A DNA stretch of 64,000 nt. Source: Minisyncoccota bacterium (GTDB taxonomy: Bacteria; Patescibacteriota; Minisyncoccia; 2-02-FULL-40-12; GWA2-44-9). The stretch lies in contig JAGOPO010000001.1 of assembly GCA_017992005.1 (NCBI GenBank), positions 4,646 to 68,645 of the forward strand, read 5' to 3'. Each line of letters opens with the position of its first letter. Position 1 is the first letter of the stretch. Below are positions 47,338 to 56,791 of this stretch, one piece after another. The notes below the pieces were generated by a model that saw only the letters and a list, made by a program, of their open reading frames with translations, searched no databases and was not told the DNA's origin. A program made the position numbers and the translations under genes.

Positions 47338-49613
47338 ACGAATCTTTTCTCGCAAAAGCTATCCGCTGGCTTGTCTATGCTAGTGCGTTTATTCCACTCG
47401 TAATATTTAGCCAGTACATGTCACCATTTCACTTTGGAAAGGTGGTAGTGTTCCGGAGCATCGTGCAGGTCATGGTGGCTTTGTATCTCCTTTTGGTGTG
47501 GCGAGATCGATCCTATGCGCCCAAGAGTCATCCGATCACTTGGGCATTCCTATCGTTTGCAATTGCTTTTACGATCACTTCCGGAACGTCGGTGGCGTTT
47601 TTACAGAGTTTTTGGGGGACGCTTGAGCGTATGGGCGGGCTATTTTCATTTTGGCACTACTTCTTATTTTATATCATCACAATTTCTGTGATGAGAACGC
47701 GAAGTGATTGGAGGGTGCTTCTCAATATCATGGTTGGTGTTGGTTTTGCTTCCGCAATCTATGGATTTCTCCAAAAAACAGACTGGGCATTTATTCTTGG
47801 CTCTGGCGGACGTCAACGCCCCTTTGGGACCATAGGCAATCCGGCGCTCTTTGCGGGGTACCAAATCTTGATCGCATTCCTTTCGTTAACGCTGGCATCC
47901 ATGAAGCGCACAAGTTTCAAAATGAAGCGGTGGTATTTTACAGCAGGAGGTGTCATGTTGCTGGCGGTAATATCAACAGCGGTTCGTGGCTCGCTTATTG
48001 GAATTGTTGCTGGGGGACTTACGTGGGCACTTCTCTGGGGGTCTTTGAATAGGAGTCGCCTTGCTAGGAATGGTCTACTTGCTGGCTTAACGGCTATTGT
48101 AGTGTTTGTATTTCTCGCAATGATGTTGCGGCAAACGTCCTTTGTTCAGAATTCGCCGTATTTAAAGCGCGTTACTGATTTTTCAAGTTCAACATTCACA
48201 GTGCAGACTCGATTTTGGGCATGGACCGCAGGGTATGAGGGTTGGACTGAAAATTTCAAGACGATCATGCTCGGATGGGGGCCAGAAAATTTCAACGTAC
48301 CATTCAGTAAGCACTTCAATCCGAAATTCTTTACAGGACCAGGTGCAGAAACATTCTTTGATCGTGCGCATAACATGTTTGTTGAAGTTACGGTCACGAT
48401 GGGTCTCCTGGGATTGATTTCGTATCTTTCAATCTTTGCAGCATCCTTTCGACAGTTTGCTCGTTTTATGAAAGAGAATTCAGATGCTCGAGTTATAGGG
48501 ATTGGCTTTGCGTCGATGTCGGTTGCGTATATCATCCATAATTGTTTTATCTTCGATACCTCTGCAAACTTCCTGTCGTTCTTCACTCTTCTCGCCTTTG
48601 TAGTGCATGTCGCAATCTCTGGAATTGATGCAGCGCCGATTCGAGGTTCGAGCGTGCGAGCATGGTCAGGTTTGCAGACGCTTTACATTGTTGTCGTGCC
48701 AATCATCGTCTTTGTTTCAATTTATGCTACCAATGTGCGACTATCGATGGCAAACTACGCGAGTACGAGAGCAATTGTAGCGGGATATCGAGGTGATTGG
48801 GTTTCTGCGGTCAATAAATATAGAGAAGCGATCGATATCGATGCCCCTGGGCGTTACGAATATCGACACAGATACGCACAATATTTGCTGGAGCTTTCGG
48901 GGGCAACCGATGTGAGTAAGGTTCCAAATTTTAAAGAGGTCACATTGCGCGCCATTGAAGACGTAAAGCAGAATACGATAGAAAATCCGGACGATTACCT
49001 TCCGTACCTCTATCTTTCTCGTCTGTATATAACGCTTGGAAAAGGAGATTCCAAGAGTCCGTATAATGACGAGGCGCTTCGTATGTCGGGTAAGGCGCTC
49101 GAGATTAGTCCTACCTTTGTCCGCACCTATTATGAGGTCGCTCAGGCGTACTTGAATAAGGGATTACCAGAGAGCGCCCTGGAGTGGTTTAAGAAGGCTT
49201 CGGTGCTAAACCCTGATGTTGCAATAACATACTGGTATATCGGCACGGTGCAATATCAAATTGCGGCATCGCGTAATAGCTTTGAAGGAGTTAAGGAGGC
49301 CCTACAATCGATGAATACTGGTTTGGCGAAGGGATACACGATGACGGAGCAAGATGGTCTTCGATTGATTCAGATCTATTCCCAGCTGGGCGATATGAAG
49401 AATGTTGCCGCTATGAGCGAGCGACTCGTAGTCTCGTTCCCAAAGAAAGCAGATTACTGGTCCCTCCTGATTAATGCGTACGCCGACTTAAACGAAGCTC
49501 AAAAAGTAATTGAAACAATACGACGAGCACTCGCAGTTCCTGAGATTGCTGCAGATAAAAACTTTACCGAAAAAGCAGATCTTGTATTGGGGCGTTTAGG
49601 GGCGGCACGTTAA
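47334..49613 (+). CDS. O-antigen ligase (Wzy_C) domain membrane protein fused to C-terminal TPR repeats; candidate O-oligosaccharyltransferase/polymerase
   Basis: Polytopic N-terminal domain; Wzy_C-like loop RAHNMFVEVTVTMGLLGLISYL; C-terminal TPR-like repeats (YYEVAQAYLNKGLPESALEWFKKASVLNPD...). Confidence 0.8.
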   Translation: MNESFLAKAIRWLVYASAFIPLVIFSQYMSPFHFGKVVVFRSIVQVMVALYLLLVWRDRSYAPKSHPITWAFLSFAIAFTITSGTSVAFLQSFWGTLERMGGLFSFWHYFLFYIITISVMRTRSDWRVLLNIMVGVGFASAIYGFLQKTDWAFILGSGGRQRPFGTIGNPALFAGYQILIAFLSLTLASMKRTSFKMKRWYFTAGGVMLLAVISTAVRGSLIGIVAGGLTWALLWGSLNRSRLARNGLLAGLTAIVVFVFLAMMLRQTSFVQNSPYLKRVTDFSSSTFTVQTRFWAWTAGYEGWTENFKTIMLGWGPENFNVPFSKHFNPKFFTGPGAETFFDRAHNMFVEVTVTMGLLGLISYLSIFAASFRQFARFMKENSDARVIGIGFASMSVAYIIHNCFIFDTSANFLSFFTLLAFVVHVAISGIDAAPIRGSSVRAWSGLQTLYIVVVPIIVFVSIYATNVRLSMANYASTRAIVAGYRGDWVSAVNKYREAIDIDAPGRYEYRHRYAQYLLELSGATDVSKVPNFKEVTLRAIEDVKQNTIENPDDYLPYLYLSRLYITLGKGDSKSPYNDEALRMSGKALEISPTFVRTYYEVAQAYLNKGLPESALEWFKKASVLNPDVAITYWYIGTVQYQIAASRNSFEGVKEALQSMNTGLAKGYTMTEQDGLRLIQIYSQLGDMKNVAAMSERLVVSFPKKADYWSLLINAYADLNEAQKVIETIRRALAVPEIAADKNFTEKADLVLGRLGAAR

Positions 49614-50977
49614 CGACCCGATCGACGCAGCGAGATACTTATCGTTTTTAAGACGATTTCAAGATCGAGCAAGATTGATCGATGCTTGATGTAGTAAAGA
49701 TCATACTGGAGCTTTTGAAGCGCATCTTCTACTGATGCTCCATACGGGTAGTTAATTTGAGCCCAACCAGATAAACCCGGTTTAATGAGATACCGCTCGT
49801 TATAGAATGGAATTTGAAGCGCCAACTGTGCGTCGAACTCTGGCCGTTCAGCGCGGGGTCCCACAAGCGACATATCTCCACGAAGGATATTCCAAAGCTG
49901 GGGCAGCTCATCAATCCGAGTTTTGCGGAGTAGTGAGCCAACTCTCGTAATTCGCGAGTCATTTTGTGTTGCCCAGACAGCACCAGTCGTGGCCTCGGCA
50001 TCAATCTTCATTGTTCTGAATTTAATTATTGAAAATGGCGTACCCGCGCGACCCGTTCTCGCTTGTCGAAAGAACACTGGGCCGCGCGAATCAACGAGAA
50101 TGATGGCTGCGATGAATGGAAGTGCGATGAGTGTTGGGATGCCAAGTAGTGTAGCCGAAGCAATATCCACGAAGCGCTTCATAGGATCGAGTGATTTTTT
50201 GGAGCCCTCCTCGAGGTTGTTCAAGAACCAGGTCTGATTAATCGATCCTAACGGAATTCGACCCGTGAGTTGCTCGGTGAGTGAGGTGAGAGATATAAAA
50301 TTAATTTGACGAGATATCGCCGAGTAGAAAAGGTCCACGACCTCCTTGAGCTGATATGCATCGGGAGTGATAACAACAGTATCGATGCTTTTATGAATAA
50401 TATGAGCGTCGACCTCGTTGAGATTATGTATTACACCCCAGCTCGTTGCTGAAGTGGTTGTTTCAATTGATTCATTATTAAGATGTACAAATGAACTAAT
50501 ACGGTAGCCAAGTTGTGGGTTATTCGTAATGAATGTAGCGAGTTCGATAGCTTCTTTTGTTATTCCAACTATAAGAATATTTTTCTTGGTACTACCCGCT
50601 AGGATGCGATTATAGAGTAGTCGCATGCCCCACATTCCGATTGCTAGAAGGATCAAAAAGATGAAAAGATTTCGCTTCGGTGTAATTCCAAAAAAGGGTA
50701 TGAGATAGAAGAATATAATAGAAATGACCGCGGCGAATAACATCGCTTGTGCAAGGCGTTCAAAAAATTCTCTATCATTGCGCATGAATCTGACATTGTA
50801 GAGATTTGTTATATAGAGTGCGAAAAGCCACACGAGTAGTAAAAGAGAGAATGGGACAACGTGACGACTGAACTGAATCGTAAAATCAGACCTTCCGTAG
50901 CGCAGCAAGAGTGTGACTGCAAGGGCGCCGTAGAAAGAGACGAAGTCTGAGGAGAGAAGGGTGATAATACGTGGCAT
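49610..50977 (-). CDS. Polyprenyl-phosphate sugar phosphotransferase (WbaP/WsaP-like initiating phosphoglycosyltransferase, Bac_transf family)
   Basis: KRFVDIASATLLGIPTLIALPFIAAIILVDSRGPVFFRQARTGRAGTPFSIIKFRTM...DELPQLWNILRGDMSLVGPRAERPEF. Confidence 0.9.
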   Translation of the reverse strand: MPRIITLLSSDFVSFYGALAVTLLLRYGRSDFTIQFSRHVVPFSLLLLVWLFALYITNLYNVRFMRNDREFFERLAQAMLFAAVISIIFFYLIPFFGITPKRNLFIFLILLAIGMWGMRLLYNRILAGSTKKNILIVGITKEAIELATFITNNPQLGYRISSFVHLNNESIETTTSATSWGVIHNLNEVDAHIIHKSIDTVVITPDAYQLKEVVDLFYSAISRQINFISLTSLTEQLTGRIPLGSINQTWFLNNLEEGSKKSLDPMKRFVDIASATLLGIPTLIALPFIAAIILVDSRGPVFFRQARTGRAGTPFSIIKFRTMKIDAEATTGAVWATQNDSRITRVGSLLRKTRIDELPQLWNILRGDMSLVGPRAERPEFDAQLALQIPFYNERYLIKPGLSGWAQINYPYGASVEDALQKLQYDLYYIKHRSILLDLEIVLKTISISLRRSGR

Positions 50978-50987
50978 AGTAGTAAGT

Positions 50988-51016
50988 ATTATAGAGAATA
51001 ATTACAATTTAGTCAA
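50988..51016 (-). promoter_or_regulatory. Canonical promoter TTGACT-17nt-TATAAT on the minus strand; the -10 ends 10 nt before the PGT start codon (near-leaderless transcript)
   Basis: Minus-strand -35 = plus 51011-51016; -10 = plus 50988-50993. Confidence 0.6.
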
Positions 51017-51056
51017 TTCCTTCGACGTGTGCCGTTGTGTTTGCTACTATAATCAC

Positions 51057-52811
51057 ATGAAATGGGCGAGACTCCTAGCAAGTTGGTTTATTCTATCGTC
51101 TGTATTTGGCTTGCGAATTGAGCGTGCTGTGGCGGATAGTATTGAGCAGGCGCAGAAGTATAATGTCAATTCATTCTATGATTACGCTGGGGCTGCTTCA
51201 CTTTATTCGACGCTCCGTGCTATTGGCACCCATGGGTACTTCTATGTTGATGATCGCTACTGGAGCTATATGACTCCAGCACAGCAAACCTCATTTATCA
51301 TTTCTCTTCAACAGCTATCTCAACAGTTTGACGATGCGATCTATCCAGCCTCCGTGAAGTTATGGGGCTCGGAGGCCAATCCTGGTGTCGACGGTGATTC
51401 TCATGTGGTAATTCTCCTGCAGCGCTTGATTAATGGGAGTGGTGGGTATTTCGAAAATATTCATAACTACTCCAAGGAGCAGTCGCCCCTCGGTAATGCT
51501 CGCGAGATGCTTTTTATAAACGCAGATAGCGTTCTGGCTGGTAACGCAAAGACGTTAATCGCACATGAGCTGCAACATCTTATCTCGTTTAATCAAAGAG
51601 AGCTGGCTGGTCGAATGGATGAGGATGTATGGCTGAACGAGGCACGAAGTGAATACAATACAACGGCTGTTGGTTACGGTGGTCCTACCGAGTTTAGTTC
51701 GCTCCAGAGGCGTGTGGTTGGTTTTCTCCGCGCCCCATCTGATTCATTGACGGTATGGCCAAATACTTCTACGGATTACGCAATTACGTCGATTTTTGCA
51801 CACTATCTCGTTGGTCATTATGGAGAGGCGATTCTGTCTGAAACGGGGTCCTCAAAATATAGTGGAACAGCCGCGTTGCATGACTGGCTTAAGACGAATA
51901 AAAATAGTGGCTTCTCGGACGTATTTGTAAGCTGGATGGTCGCGAACGCCCTCAATGATCGTGGTCTCAATTCACTGTATGGCTATACGCAAGCTGAATT
52001 AAGCTCGCTTCGTGTACTACCAGAGACCACGGAGAGCCTTTCATTGTCGCGTAAGCAGATTTCGCGCTCAAGTCGTTTACAAGAATGGCAGCCACGTTGG
52101 CTCACGATACCCATTGAATCGGGCGTGACTTCTAATCAGGATCTCACGTTGCGAATTTCGGGGTCGTCGGAGAGCTCGCTATATGGTGCTATTATGATGC
52201 GTTATAGAAACGGATTCACGCGTGTTTTGCAGTCTCAATTTACGGATGGCCGTTCAGATGCGCGGGTTCCTATGTGGGACGCTGGTTCTGAGATTCAATC
52301 CGTTACATTCGCCGTCGCGCAAGGATCCTTGTATCCCCTAGAGAGAAGGAAACCGATTGAGGAGACGGTCATGATTACTGCCTCCATCGGTGATCTTGAC
52401 GAGTCATACGTGTCACCTTTGACGGACCCGATAGCACCGACTTCAGAGCGATTTGCTTATGTCCAGCCAAGAGATGGAGATCTCATTCGTCGAAAAGGTC
52501 AGAGCGATATCTATGTGGTCTGGGGTCCGTATCGAAGATTGCTAACGCCTACCATTCTTGCGCTATACGGATTCCAGAATAGGGAAATTCGCGATGTGCC
52601 TGATGATGTGTTCTTCCATTACGCTGCAAGTGTGTATATCCGCGCTCTTGGCTCCAAGAAGGTCTATGCGGTTTGGGCGGATGGGTCAAAGCACTGGTTT
52701 GATATTTCTGCTCAGCAATGGGAGGCGTCAGGACGAGATTGGAGTGCTATTTTTACGGTTAATGATGCGGAGGTCTCTGCGTATCCACTCGGCACATCGA
52801 TTACTCGTTAA
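51057..52811 (+). CDS. Secreted hypothetical protein with HExxH zinc-peptidase motif
   Basis: Signal peptide MKWARLLASWFILSSVFGL; AHELQHLIS...E; unassigned family. Confidence 0.5.
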   Translation: MKWARLLASWFILSSVFGLRIERAVADSIEQAQKYNVNSFYDYAGAASLYSTLRAIGTHGYFYVDDRYWSYMTPAQQTSFIISLQQLSQQFDDAIYPASVKLWGSEANPGVDGDSHVVILLQRLINGSGGYFENIHNYSKEQSPLGNAREMLFINADSVLAGNAKTLIAHELQHLISFNQRELAGRMDEDVWLNEARSEYNTTAVGYGGPTEFSSLQRRVVGFLRAPSDSLTVWPNTSTDYAITSIFAHYLVGHYGEAILSETGSSKYSGTAALHDWLKTNKNSGFSDVFVSWMVANALNDRGLNSLYGYTQAELSSLRVLPETTESLSLSRKQISRSSRLQEWQPRWLTIPIESGVTSNQDLTLRISGSSESSLYGAIMMRYRNGFTRVLQSQFTDGRSDARVPMWDAGSEIQSVTFAVAQGSLYPLERRKPIEETVMITASIGDLDESYVSPLTDPIAPTSERFAYVQPRDGDLIRRKGQSDIYVVWGPYRRLLTPTILALYGFQNREIRDVPDDVFFHYAASVYIRALGSKKVYAVWADGSKHWFDISAQQWEASGRDWSAIFTVNDAEVSAYPLGTSITR

Positions 52812-52814
52812 TAG

Positions 52815-52843
52815 TTGAGTTTGTGGCGCAAGTAGCGTATATT
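52815..52843 (+). promoter_or_regulatory. Promoter TTGAGT-17nt-TATATT; the -10 ends 6 nt before the hpf ATG (leaderless candidate)
   Basis: Hexamers at 52815-52820 and 52838-52843; ATG at 52850. Confidence 0.5.
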
Positions 52844-52849
52844 ACAGCT

Positions 52850-53182
52850 ATGAATATAGACATACACGCAAAGAATATTGAGCTCAATGCGCCCCTCAGA
52901 ACGTTTATAGAGGATAAGATTGGCGATTTGGAGCATATTCTATCTACTTTGGGTGAGTATACGGTACGCGTTGAGGTTGCGATTCCTTCTCAACATCATG
53001 CGTCGGGCGCAATATATTACACCGAAGCCAACATTACGGTGGGATCACATCTTTTCCGTGCCGAATCAAACCACTTTGATTTGCACTCGTCGATTGTGGA
53101 TGTCAAAGAGGACTTGAAAAATCAAATCACAAAATTCAAAGATAAGCAGCGCGAGCAAGAGCGACAGCCTCTTGAGGAGTAG
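52850..53182 (+). CDS. hpf: Ribosome hibernation promoting factor / RaiA (short HPF, S30AE family)
   Basis: MNIDIHAKNIELNAPLRTFIEDKIGDLEHIL...; conserved hpf-secA gene order. Confidence 0.85.
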   Translation: MNIDIHAKNIELNAPLRTFIEDKIGDLEHILSTLGEYTVRVEVAIPSQHHASGAIYYTEANITVGSHLFRAESNHFDLHSSIVDVKEDLKNQITKFKDKQREQERQPLEE

Positions 53183-53201
53183 AGTTGTATTGCTGTCCGC
53201 T

Positions 53202-55913
53202 ATGTTTGAATTTCTTTCGAAGTTTTTACCCGATGCAAACGCGCGTATCATTCGATCATACGCTGATTTAGTTGCGCAAATCAATGCCCTTGAGCCGCGC
53301 ATGCAGTCGCTATCAGACGATGAGATTCGTTCGCTTACCATCGATTTCAAGGAGCGATTGAGGGTCGGTGCCACGCTCGATGAGCTTCTCCCCGAAGCAT
53401 TTGCAGCGGTCCGAGAGGTTTCTCTACGAAAATCCGGAAAGCGTCATTTTGACGAGCAGCTTATCGGTGGAATGGTTCTTCATACTGGGTCAATCGCACA
53501 GATGTCGACCGGTGAAGGAAAGACACTCGTTGCAACGCTTCCTGCGTACTTGAACGCGCTTTCGGGCAAGGGGGTGCACGTGGTGACCGTCAACGACTAC
53601 CTTAGTCGACGAGATGCGACGTGGATGGGGCAGATTTATGACGCCCTTGGATTATCCGTTGGAGTGCTTAACCATGAGGCCTCGTATCTCTACGATGCTT
53701 CGCACATCCAAGCGGAGAAGATAGGGGAGAGCGATCACGAGCGAGATGCTACGGGGTCATTTCGAGTTGTGCATGAATTTTTGCGTCCAGTGAGTCGACG
53801 CGAAGCGTACCAGGCTGATATTACCTACGGTACGAACAATGAATATGGATTTGATTACCTTCGCGACAATATGGCTCCCCGAGTGGAGGAGATGTCTCAG
53901 CGACAAGAAGCGCCACACTCATTTGCAATTGTTGATGAGGTGGATTCGATACTTATAGACGAGGCGCGTACTCCGCTCATTATTTCCGCTCCCGACGAGG
54001 AGTCGGGCGCGCTCTATTCGTCATTTGCTCGCGCGGTCCCAATTCTAAAAGAGGGCGAAGACTATTCTATTGATGAGAAGTTGAAAGCGGTCAGCATTAC
54101 TGATGCTGGTATTGAAAAAATACAGACGCGTCTTGGTATTACCGATATGTACGAGGAGGGTGGGGCGCGATATGTCCATCATCTTGAACAGGCTCTACGT
54201 GCGAGTGTTCTTTTTCGTCGTGATAAGGAATATGTAGTAAAGGACAATGAGGTCATTATCGTCGATGAATTCACGGGGCGTCTTATGCCGGGACGTCGCT
54301 GGTCAGATGGACTCCACCAAGCCGTTGAGGCTAAGGAGGGTGCGCTTATTCAGCGCGAAAGTAAAACATTAGCCACGGTAACGTTTCAAAACTATTTCCG
54401 CCTCTATGGAAAGCTGTCGGGAATGACTGGTACCGCGCGAACATCAGCAGAGGAATTTCATAAGGTTTACAATCTCAACGTAATTGTTGTCCCAACACAC
54501 AGGCCCCTGTTGCGAAAAGATTTGCCAGATCGCATTTATAAGACTGAACTTGGAAAGTTTAAGGCGCTTGCACAGGAGGTGAAGCAACGTCATGAGCAGG
54601 GGCAACCCGTTCTCGTGGGAACAGTTTCTATCGAAAAAAATGAGATGCTTTCGGTGCTCCTAGCTTCTATGGGGGTCCCGCATCAGGTTTTGAATGCAAA
54701 AAACCACGAACAGGAAGCAGAGATTATTGCGCAGGCTGGTCGCAAGGGTGCAGTGACTGTGGCGACCAACATGGCTGGTCGTGGTGTCGATATTATTCTG
54801 GGAGGAAATCCAGTTGTAGAAGAGGAGGCGCGCGTCGTTCGTGAGCTCGGTGGTCTATGCGTGTTCGGAACAGAGCGGCACGAAGCTCGTCGAATCGATG
54901 ATCAACTGCGAGGGCGAGCGGGTCGCCAGGGGGATCCGGGCGCAAGTCAGTTCTATGTATCTACAGAAGATGAACTCGTACGAATATTTAGCGGCGATCG
55001 ACTAAAAAATATCATGGAGTCGCTCGGCGTGACCGATGAGGACGTTATTGAGAATAGTCTCGTCTCTAGGTCAATTGCTCAGGCACAGAGCAGAATTGAG
55101 GGTCATAATTTTGATTCTAGAAAGTATGTGCTTGAGTATGACGATGTCATGAATAAGCACCGTGAGACAATGTATGGAATTCGACGTTCAATCCTCTTTT
55201 CAAGCGATGTTCGCGAGAAAGTAATTGGATATCTAGAGAATGAGCTCCAAGCAATTGTTCGTTCGCATCTTAGCGAGGATACGGGTGAATTAAGTATCCG
55301 CGAGATCGTAGATACAGTCCGAGCGATTGCTCCATTTTCTGAATCTTTGTATCCGGATCTTATTGCAAAAGAATATCATGATGCAAATGAGTTAACAGAT
55401 TATCTCGTGGTAGAAATACGGCGTCTCTATGCAGAGCATGAAGAGCGAATGGGAACTTCGCAGATGAGACAAATTGAGAAGGCAATCGTTGTGCGGACCA
55501 TTGATGATTTGTGGGTTGATCATATTGAAGCGATGGATCATTTGCGTGAATCTGTGCGATTGCGAGCCTATGGACAACGCGATCCTTTGGTGGAGTACAA
55601 GATTGAATCTCAGCGGATGTATGGTTCGCTTACACGAACGTTGGCCTCCCGAGTCGCGAGCATCATTTTTAAGGTGCAGGTTGCGCAGGAGTCTGCGATG
55701 AAACGTGTTGGCGTTGAGAGCCGTCCGGAAATTGCTGCCGATCCCGCAGCGCAACTACTATCATCCAAGGATAAACACGCCTCCGATTCGAATATTCAAT
55801 CGGAGGATATTGGTCGTAACGATCCGTGTCCTTGCGGCTCCGGTAAGAAATACAAAAAATGCGGGCTTCTGGAGACCTCTGAGCATGCCAAATTGATTAA
55901 GGGCGCAAAATAG
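53202..55913 (+). CDS. secA: Preprotein translocase ATPase SecA
   Basis: Full-length SecA motor blocks (GEGKTLVATLP, DEVDSILIDEARTPLIIS, TGTA..., NMAGRGVDIILGGN) and C-terminal zinc finger CPCGSGKKYKKCG. Confidence 0.95.
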   Translation: MFEFLSKFLPDANARIIRSYADLVAQINALEPRMQSLSDDEIRSLTIDFKERLRVGATLDELLPEAFAAVREVSLRKSGKRHFDEQLIGGMVLHTGSIAQMSTGEGKTLVATLPAYLNALSGKGVHVVTVNDYLSRRDATWMGQIYDALGLSVGVLNHEASYLYDASHIQAEKIGESDHERDATGSFRVVHEFLRPVSRREAYQADITYGTNNEYGFDYLRDNMAPRVEEMSQRQEAPHSFAIVDEVDSILIDEARTPLIISAPDEESGALYSSFARAVPILKEGEDYSIDEKLKAVSITDAGIEKIQTRLGITDMYEEGGARYVHHLEQALRASVLFRRDKEYVVKDNEVIIVDEFTGRLMPGRRWSDGLHQAVEAKEGALIQRESKTLATVTFQNYFRLYGKLSGMTGTARTSAEEFHKVYNLNVIVVPTHRPLLRKDLPDRIYKTELGKFKALAQEVKQRHEQGQPVLVGTVSIEKNEMLSVLLASMGVPHQVLNAKNHEQEAEIIAQAGRKGAVTVATNMAGRGVDIILGGNPVVEEEARVVRELGGLCVFGTERHEARRIDDQLRGRAGRQGDPGASQFYVSTEDELVRIFSGDRLKNIMESLGVTDEDVIENSLVSRSIAQAQSRIEGHNFDSRKYVLEYDDVMNKHRETMYGIRRSILFSSDVREKVIGYLENELQAIVRSHLSEDTGELSIREIVDTVRAIAPFSESLYPDLIAKEYHDANELTDYLVVEIRRLYAEHEERMGTSQMRQIEKAIVVRTIDDLWVDHIEAMDHLRESVRLRAYGQRDPLVEYKIESQRMYGSLTRTLASRVASIIFKVQVAQESAMKRVGVESRPEIAADPAAQLLSSKDKHASDSNIQSEDIGRNDPCPCGSGKKYKKCGLLETSEHAKLIKGAK

Positions 55914-55950
55914 TTGTAGTAGAGGAAATGATGCGATTGGTATCTTCTCG

Positions 55951-56451
55951 GTGTATACTATAGGTATGAAGCGTGAAAGATTTGTACGGAACCTCGTATT
56001 TGGGGTAGAAGATTCACTCGTCTCGACTGTGGGGTTTATTTCAGGTATCGCGGCGGCTTCCGTGAATCGCAGGACGCTTTTATTGTCCGGCATTGTGTTG
56101 ATATGTGTCGAAGCATTTTCGATGGGCATCGGAAGTATTGTGTCGGAGGAATCTGCCCTCGAAGCGAAAACAAAAAAACGTGTGAGTTGGAGCGGGCCCA
56201 TTGCTGGGGGACTCGTCATGTTTGCCTCGTACATTCTTACTGGCGCCCTCGTTCTTCTTCCATATTTCACACGAGATGTTGCGAGTGCGCTTCCACAGTC
56301 TATAGCGGTTTCTCTTACGCTTCTTTTTCTCCTGGGAGCTGTTTCCGCATTTATGTCTGGCTTACCGGTGCTTCTGCGAGCCGTTCGGATGATGGTGGTT
56401 GGAGGTCTAGCGATTGTACTCGGAGTATTTGTTGGCTCAGCTATGCCGTAG
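55951..56451 (+). CDS. VIT1/CCC1-family membrane protein
   Basis: VFGVEDSLVSTVGFISGIA motif; 4-5 TM helices. Confidence 0.6.
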   Translation: MYTIGMKRERFVRNLVFGVEDSLVSTVGFISGIAAASVNRRTLLLSGIVLICVEAFSMGIGSIVSEESALEAKTKKRVSWSGPIAGGLVMFASYILTGALVLLPYFTRDVASALPQSIAVSLTLLFLLGAVSAFMSGLPVLLRAVRMMVVGGLAIVLGVFVGSAMP

Positions 56452-56525
56452 CTGTGGATTGTGTTGCTATACAGCCTGAATTGCTTATGAGAATATACTA
56501 GCATCTAGAGGAAGGGGGTGTTTAT

Positions 56526-56729
56526 GTGAATCTCCACAAAATTTCGTTTATCCTTCTCGTGATCGGTGGCCTCAACTGGGGCTTGTTCCTCTTTCAGGTT
56601 GACGTTGGTACGTTCCTTCCCGCAACCTTAGCAAATATCGTCTACGCACTCGTGGCGCTCTCGGCGTTGTATGAAGTGTTCGGACATAAGGGTATGTGTA
56701 AGGCATGCAGTACCGGTTCTTCGATGTAA
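56526..56729 (+). CDS. DUF378-family small membrane protein
   Basis: IGGLNWGLFLFQ...IVYALVALSALYEV signature; GTG start with a GGAAGGGGGTG SD. Confidence 0.8.
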   Translation: MNLHKISFILLVIGGLNWGLFLFQVDVGTFLPATLANIVYALVALSALYEVFGHKGMCKACSTGSSM

Positions 56730-56745
56730 TCGAAGGATGCGAAAA

Positions 56746-56766
56746 GACGCCGTAAGGCGTTTTTTC
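56746..56766 (+). terminator. Rho-independent terminator (acgcc-gtaa-ggcgt + TTTTTT)
   Basis: Seen directly after the DUF378 stop. Confidence 0.65.
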
Positions 56767-56791
56767 GTGCTGAAATATAGGAGCATTGTCA

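Noticed and set aside
51048-51053. TATAAT 4 nt upstream of the 51057 ATG as a promoter for the secreted HExxH gene
   Set aside because: Too close to the start codon for even a leaderless transcript and no -35 element at the right spacing; probably coincidental AT-rich sequence in a divergent promoter region.
55761-56504. 247-aa minus-strand ORF overlapping the secA 3' end and the VIT-family gene
   Set aside because: Antisense to two recognisable + strand genes; no homology features.
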